From: Rubripirellula sp.
Lineage (GTDB): Bacteria > Planctomycetota > Planctomycetia > Pirellulales > Pirellulaceae
NCBI GenBank assembly: GCA_965216875.1
Contig: OZ244207.1
Coordinates: forward strand, 640,001 to 704,000
Direction of reading: 5' to 3'
Length of the DNA: 64,000 nt
Shown: positions 61,890 to 64,000 of the stretch, piece by piece
Position numbering within the stretch: the stretch's first letter is position 1
How the letters are laid out: each line of letters starts with the position of its first letter
Program-made: the position numbers and the translations under genes
The notes under the pieces: generated by a model
Told to the model about the DNA's origin: nothing
Databases searched by the model: none
What the model saw: the letters and a program-made list of their open reading frames with translations, nothing else

Positions 61890-62068
61890 CCTTGGGAATT
61901 CGTAGCGATGTGGGTGTTTGCTTTATGAGTCCGTCTTCGGTCGTGAATCGACCATTGCACGACGCGGTATGAACGGAGGGGAGTTTAGAGACCTCGAAAG
62001 CACCGCGAGTTGGAGCAGGTGTAGTGACAATGACGGTTGTGCCGCGATTGAGAGAGGCCGATCTCTCA

Positions 62069-62121
62069 GTAGGTCATGCTCCGCATGACAGTCCGAATGT
62101 GTCATGCACAGCATGACCTAC
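62069..62121. repeat. Inverted REP doublet GTAGGTCATGC...GCATGACCTAC
   Basis: Direct reading; also at 63433-63486, with a half copy at 51536-51556. Confidence 0.8.
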
Positions 62122-62138
62122 TTGTGAAGCCAGTGGCG

Positions 62139-63371
62139 CTAGTGCCAGTTTGCTCCGCAGTGGATGCATTGCTTGGCCAGCGCGGTTGCGAGTTGTTCGC
62201 CGCATTCTGGGCAGGGTGGGCCTTCGGCGATGCGGGCTCGTCGTCGCTTGCGTTCGATGGGAACCTTCCAAGAAACTTCGATCGCCGACACACGCAGACC
62301 ATCAGCCGTTTTCGAAAAAGCGGTGTGCAGTGAAACCGAGTATCGCTTGCCACGTGTTGGTTCGGCTACAAGCTCACACAGACAACTTCCTTTGAAAGGG
62401 TGTTTTTTCAAACAGGCAATATCGACCAAACTGGCCGGCCAATCGCCCTTCGCGATCCAACGATCGAAGTCGCGGTCTGATTCGAGGCGGTGTCGGTGCG
62501 TCGGGACGGTCATCTTTTCAGTGACTTGGCGGTGCATGTGGGCCAGAAACGATGACACGTTCGGTTGCAGATCGATTGAAAAGTAGGGCACTACAGAATC
62601 GAACGTTCCCCTTGAGAACGCAGTGGCGATCTTGGAAGTGACCGCATAAGTCGAAGCCACTTGGCCTGTCCCCAAGTTGGGCAACAAATTCGGGAATCCT
62701 TTCGGTACCCGTTTTTCCCATTTCAGTTTGCCGGTCTTTGAAACGTCCGTCGGCGACTCAGTAACGCCGTCCTTTTCAAACTGGAACAGCACATCGACGA
62801 AGCGGTCTTCGGCTTCATGGTCGATTTGATCCTCCGCGATTGTCTCGCACTCTTCTTCGTCCGTTTCGTTGTCGCGGCATTCCGCTTCGTCGATCAACCA
62901 CTGGGGAAACGCTTGGTTCGGATAACGTTTCCCAAAGAGTTCGAAGTAGGAAAACTTGTGTCGTTTGAAGAGATCGGTGGCGATGCCTGACGTCATGTAA
63001 ACGAGGCAAGTGACCAAGTAGTCGCCAGGCTCGACTTGCATAACAAGATGGTTGTCATGCTGGCCGATTGCCGAAGTGCCTTCACGACCGAAGTAGTCGC
63101 CGGCGTCGATCACAAGTTTGTCCGATTCGACGCGCAGAGGTCTTTGCGCGCGGGCGACCCAATGTTCGGTTTCGTCGGAAGTCAGTTCACCGATGACGAC
63201 ACGGCCACTGATGCCACCGTCTTCGGGAAGTGGCAGGACGAACGATTGATGCTGTAAGCCTGCTGCGATCATCTCTTTCGCGGTGTGCAGTTCGTGCTGC
63301 TTGTTCGCAGCGGCCATCACAATGAAATCGGCATCTTCGCCGATCGCGAAATCAATTCTCGTCGCGTTCAT
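62139..63371 (-). CDS. Hypothetical protein with C-terminal zinc ribbon
   Basis: 410 aa, ends CPECG...CIHCG. Confidence 0.7.
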   Translation of the reverse strand: MNATRIDFAIGEDADFIVMAAANKQHELHTAKEMIAAGLQHQSFVLPLPEDGGISGRVVIGELTSDETEHWVARAQRPLRVESDKLVIDAGDYFGREGTSAIGQHDNHLVMQVEPGDYLVTCLVYMTSGIATDLFKRHKFSYFELFGKRYPNQAFPQWLIDEAECRDNETDEEECETIAEDQIDHEAEDRFVDVLFQFEKDGVTESPTDVSKTGKLKWEKRVPKGFPNLLPNLGTGQVASTYAVTSKIATAFSRGTFDSVVPYFSIDLQPNVSSFLAHMHRQVTEKMTVPTHRHRLESDRDFDRWIAKGDWPASLVDIACLKKHPFKGSCLCELVAEPTRGKRYSVSLHTAFSKTADGLRVSAIEVSWKVPIERKRRRARIAEGPPCPECGEQLATALAKQCIHCGANWH

Positions 63372-63432
63372 CAGGTACCTACAGCATCCGGAGCAGTTTC
63401 GATCGCGGGTACATAGTGTAGGTTGTGGCGCG

Positions 63433-63486
63433 GTAGGTCATGCTGTGCATGCCAATATCCAGTGTGTCATGCACAGCATGACCTAC
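63433..63486. repeat. Inverted REP doublet GTAGGTCATGC...GCATGACCTAC
   Basis: Direct reading. Confidence 0.8.
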
Positions 63487-63495
63487 TAGCGCGTG

Positions 63496-64000
63496 CTAGA
63501 GGACGTCGAGGAGTTCGACGACGAAGTGGATGTCGGCGTGCGGTGGGACGGCGCCGGGGGAGCCGGTGGCTCCGTAGCCAAGTTTGGATGGGACCCAGAG
63601 TTCGATCATGCCGCCTTCACCGACAAGCTGCATGCCTTCCGTCCAACCGGCAACAACGCTACCAAGCGGAAAGGTTGTCGGCTCGCCTCGCTTGAAGGAT
63701 TCGTCGAAGACTTTTCCGCTACCGAGCCAGCCGCGATAGTTGACTGTGACGCGACTCTCTTTCGTCGGTATCTTCCCGTCAGAGTGACGAAGGATTCGGT
63801 ATTTCAATCCCGATTCGGTCGTCGAGAACTCGGGCACAGCGCCGGGATCGACTGGACCGAAGCCATCTTGAAGTTGAGGGTCATCGACAGAAGTGACCGG
63901 TTTCCAGGCGTCCGTTGGCACGTCGTAAGCAGAAACACCAGCGGTCGATTTCGCGTTGGATTGGCATCCGGAAACCGACACTGCGAAGCACAATAGACAG
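63496..64000 (-). CDS. FKBP-type peptidyl-prolyl cis-trans isomerase (lipoprotein); 5'-partial
   Basis: TTESGLKY, VNYRGWL..FDES, VVAGWTEG and LGYG..VPP; frame open to the window edge. Confidence 0.93.
   Translation of the reverse strand, partial: CLLCFAVSVSGCQSNAKSTAGVSAYDVPTDAWKPVTSVDDPQLQDGFGPVDPGAVPEFSTTESGLKYRILRHSDGKIPTKESRVTVNYRGWLGSGKVFDESFKRGEPTTFPLGSVVAGWTEGMQLVGEGGMIELWVPSKLGYGATGSPGAVPPHADIHFVVELLDVL

Overview
Planctomycete chromosome segment, probably Pirellulaceae-like (inferred from the H4MPT formyltransferase, DUF4332 protein and dense GTAG-type REP repeats). Bases 1-16250 are an accessory region of at least two integrative elements stacked at the 3' end of a minus-strand tRNA-Asn(GTT) gene (16178-16250). 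The tRNA-proximal element (~10.9 kb) is bounded by a 15-bp direct repeat (5283-5297 / 16176-16190). It carries xis and int, a sigma-like ORF, small HTH and Zn-finger genes, an inverted-repeat-flanked AT-rich site and a coupled Ser/Thr kinase - SF1 helicase - unknown operon. Joining its ends in silico changes the integrase C-terminus and couples int (ATGA) to the sigma-like gene. The older, left element carries a PfkB-NDT fusion / QueC-like / SagB-like operon, a ParA-like ATPase / SIR2 pair and an integrase remnant. These three cargo operons are candidate anti-phage or nucleotide-modification systems that I cannot match to a named system. The rest is mostly core genome: trmL, HD hydrolase, nagB, rhamnulokinase, 5-FCL, ftr, trpD, nucleoside hydrolase, a T2SS/type IV pilus locus with embedded RR-HK-STAS genes, nusA-infB-rbfA, yebC, a DUF4332 ATPase, a kinase-receiver hybrid, acs, DUF2490 and an FKBP. 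It is interspersed with many REP families and a 7 x 126-bp REP array. All calls come from reading motifs by eye; no database searches were run.
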